Shown here: positions 63,178-64,000 of the stretch, piece after piece
Layout of the letters: each line of letters starts with the position of its first letter
Position numbering within the stretch: position 1 is the stretch's first letter
NCBI GenBank assembly: GCA_976226885.1
Contig: OZ320322.1
Coordinates: forward strand, 39,432,001 to 39,496,000
Origin: Iphione sp. A-MEVVRFRX5
Taxonomy: Eukaryota
Direction: 5' to 3'
Length of the DNA: 64,000 bases
Position numbers and translations under genes: made by a program
Notes under the pieces: model-generated
The model's input: the letters and a program-made list of their open reading frames with translations, nothing else
Told to the model about the DNA's origin: nothing
The model's database searches: none

Positions 63178-64000
63178 CAGTCACAATCCCTGTTAGTCAG
63201 CCTATGTCATGTTCAGCCTATTCACTTCATGTCGCCGACAGGTTGGCAATGTGATCTGGTTTGTTCAATGTAGCCCTAACCCTGCCAAACAATGGCTTCA
63301 GTTCCTTTGAGTGCTGCTGGCTGCTTTCTACATAATGATTTACTTCTTTCCTGAGAACTGATTGGGAGTCATTCAGCGCATGAGTGTTAGATCCTTTTGT
63401 CTTGGTATTCCTTGTTGTTGAGCATGTTTGGCAATATGAACTCCCTGTCCTTAGACATTACCCGGTAGCGTGATATAGATCGGAATCCCCTGAAAATCTT
63501 CCTAACAAATTAGAGGGTGGGTCGGTTAAATAAGTGTCCTTTATATAAAGGAATATAGTAAAGGAATACGGTACAGCTCTTACTGTGAAAACAGTATGTG
63601 ATAGACTTAGGACATGTTTCCTCATATAATTAAATTTTGAAAGGGGAGGTTCAGGTTATAGTTGTAAAAAGAAAGGGTACACATCAGCAGGTGGTGAAGT
63701 GACCAGGGTAATGCATCTGCACGATATGCAATATCTTACCTATGAGCTTTTAAAGACTCCTCCCTTGCACAATATTCATCACAAGTGCCTGAAACGTCCG
63801 TGGAATGCTTGAACGACAGTACAGCTTCTATTCACACGTAAAACAAAAGCAGAGGGGCGGTTACATATTCTATGCCCATGTATAATTAAATATATTTCCT
63901 CTAGAATCGAAAACAATTATGTCTCCGTTAATTAATGGAAAATCCCTTCAGGTCAGGAGCGTTATTCTTGCACACCTGTAAAGCAATTACTTTCACGTCC

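Noticed and set aside
63739-63790. C2H2-finger-like peptide TCDEYCAREESLKAH in a possible minus-strand exon
   Set aside because: Cys-to-His spacing is too short for a C2H2 finger and the second His is absent.
1-64000. CRISPR array, prokaryotic operon or defence system
   Set aside because: No regularly spaced repeat-spacer array, no dense long ORFs, and microsatellites plus LINE remnants indicate a eukaryotic context.

Overview
This is metazoan (invertebrate-like) non-coding or intronic DNA, about 40-43% GC by eye, with little CpG depletion and a strong excess of the palindrome TACATGTA. I found no prokaryotic genes, CRISPR array, rRNA, tRNA or snRNA, and no host protein-coding gene I can name. 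The two firm calls are CR1-group LINE retrotransposon copies. One is a young, 5'-truncated minus-strand copy (33753-35472) with an uninterrupted RT C-terminal frame, an (ACTTGAAA)n tail and a near-perfect 12-bp target-site duplication. The other is a decayed plus-strand copy (about 61457-63177) that keeps the RT motifs, a 3' stem-loop and a TTGAA-type tail. Around them are several much fainter LINE-RT-like remnants, GA/GT microsatellites, a few mini- and heptamer satellites, and many CpG-rich promoter-like islands (YY1, NF-Y, ETS, E-box, CTCF-type motifs). There are also some low-confidence candidate exons and several hairpins or junctions that could be structured RNAs. I did not find a convincing new multi-component system. 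The best leads are a three-way-junction candidate at 15.5 kb, a GNRA-capped long hairpin at 37.1 kb, a helically phased triple-CCAAT element at 53.2 kb and an ankyrin-like orphan exon at 57.1 kb. All protein-family assignments are from remembered motifs, not database searches.
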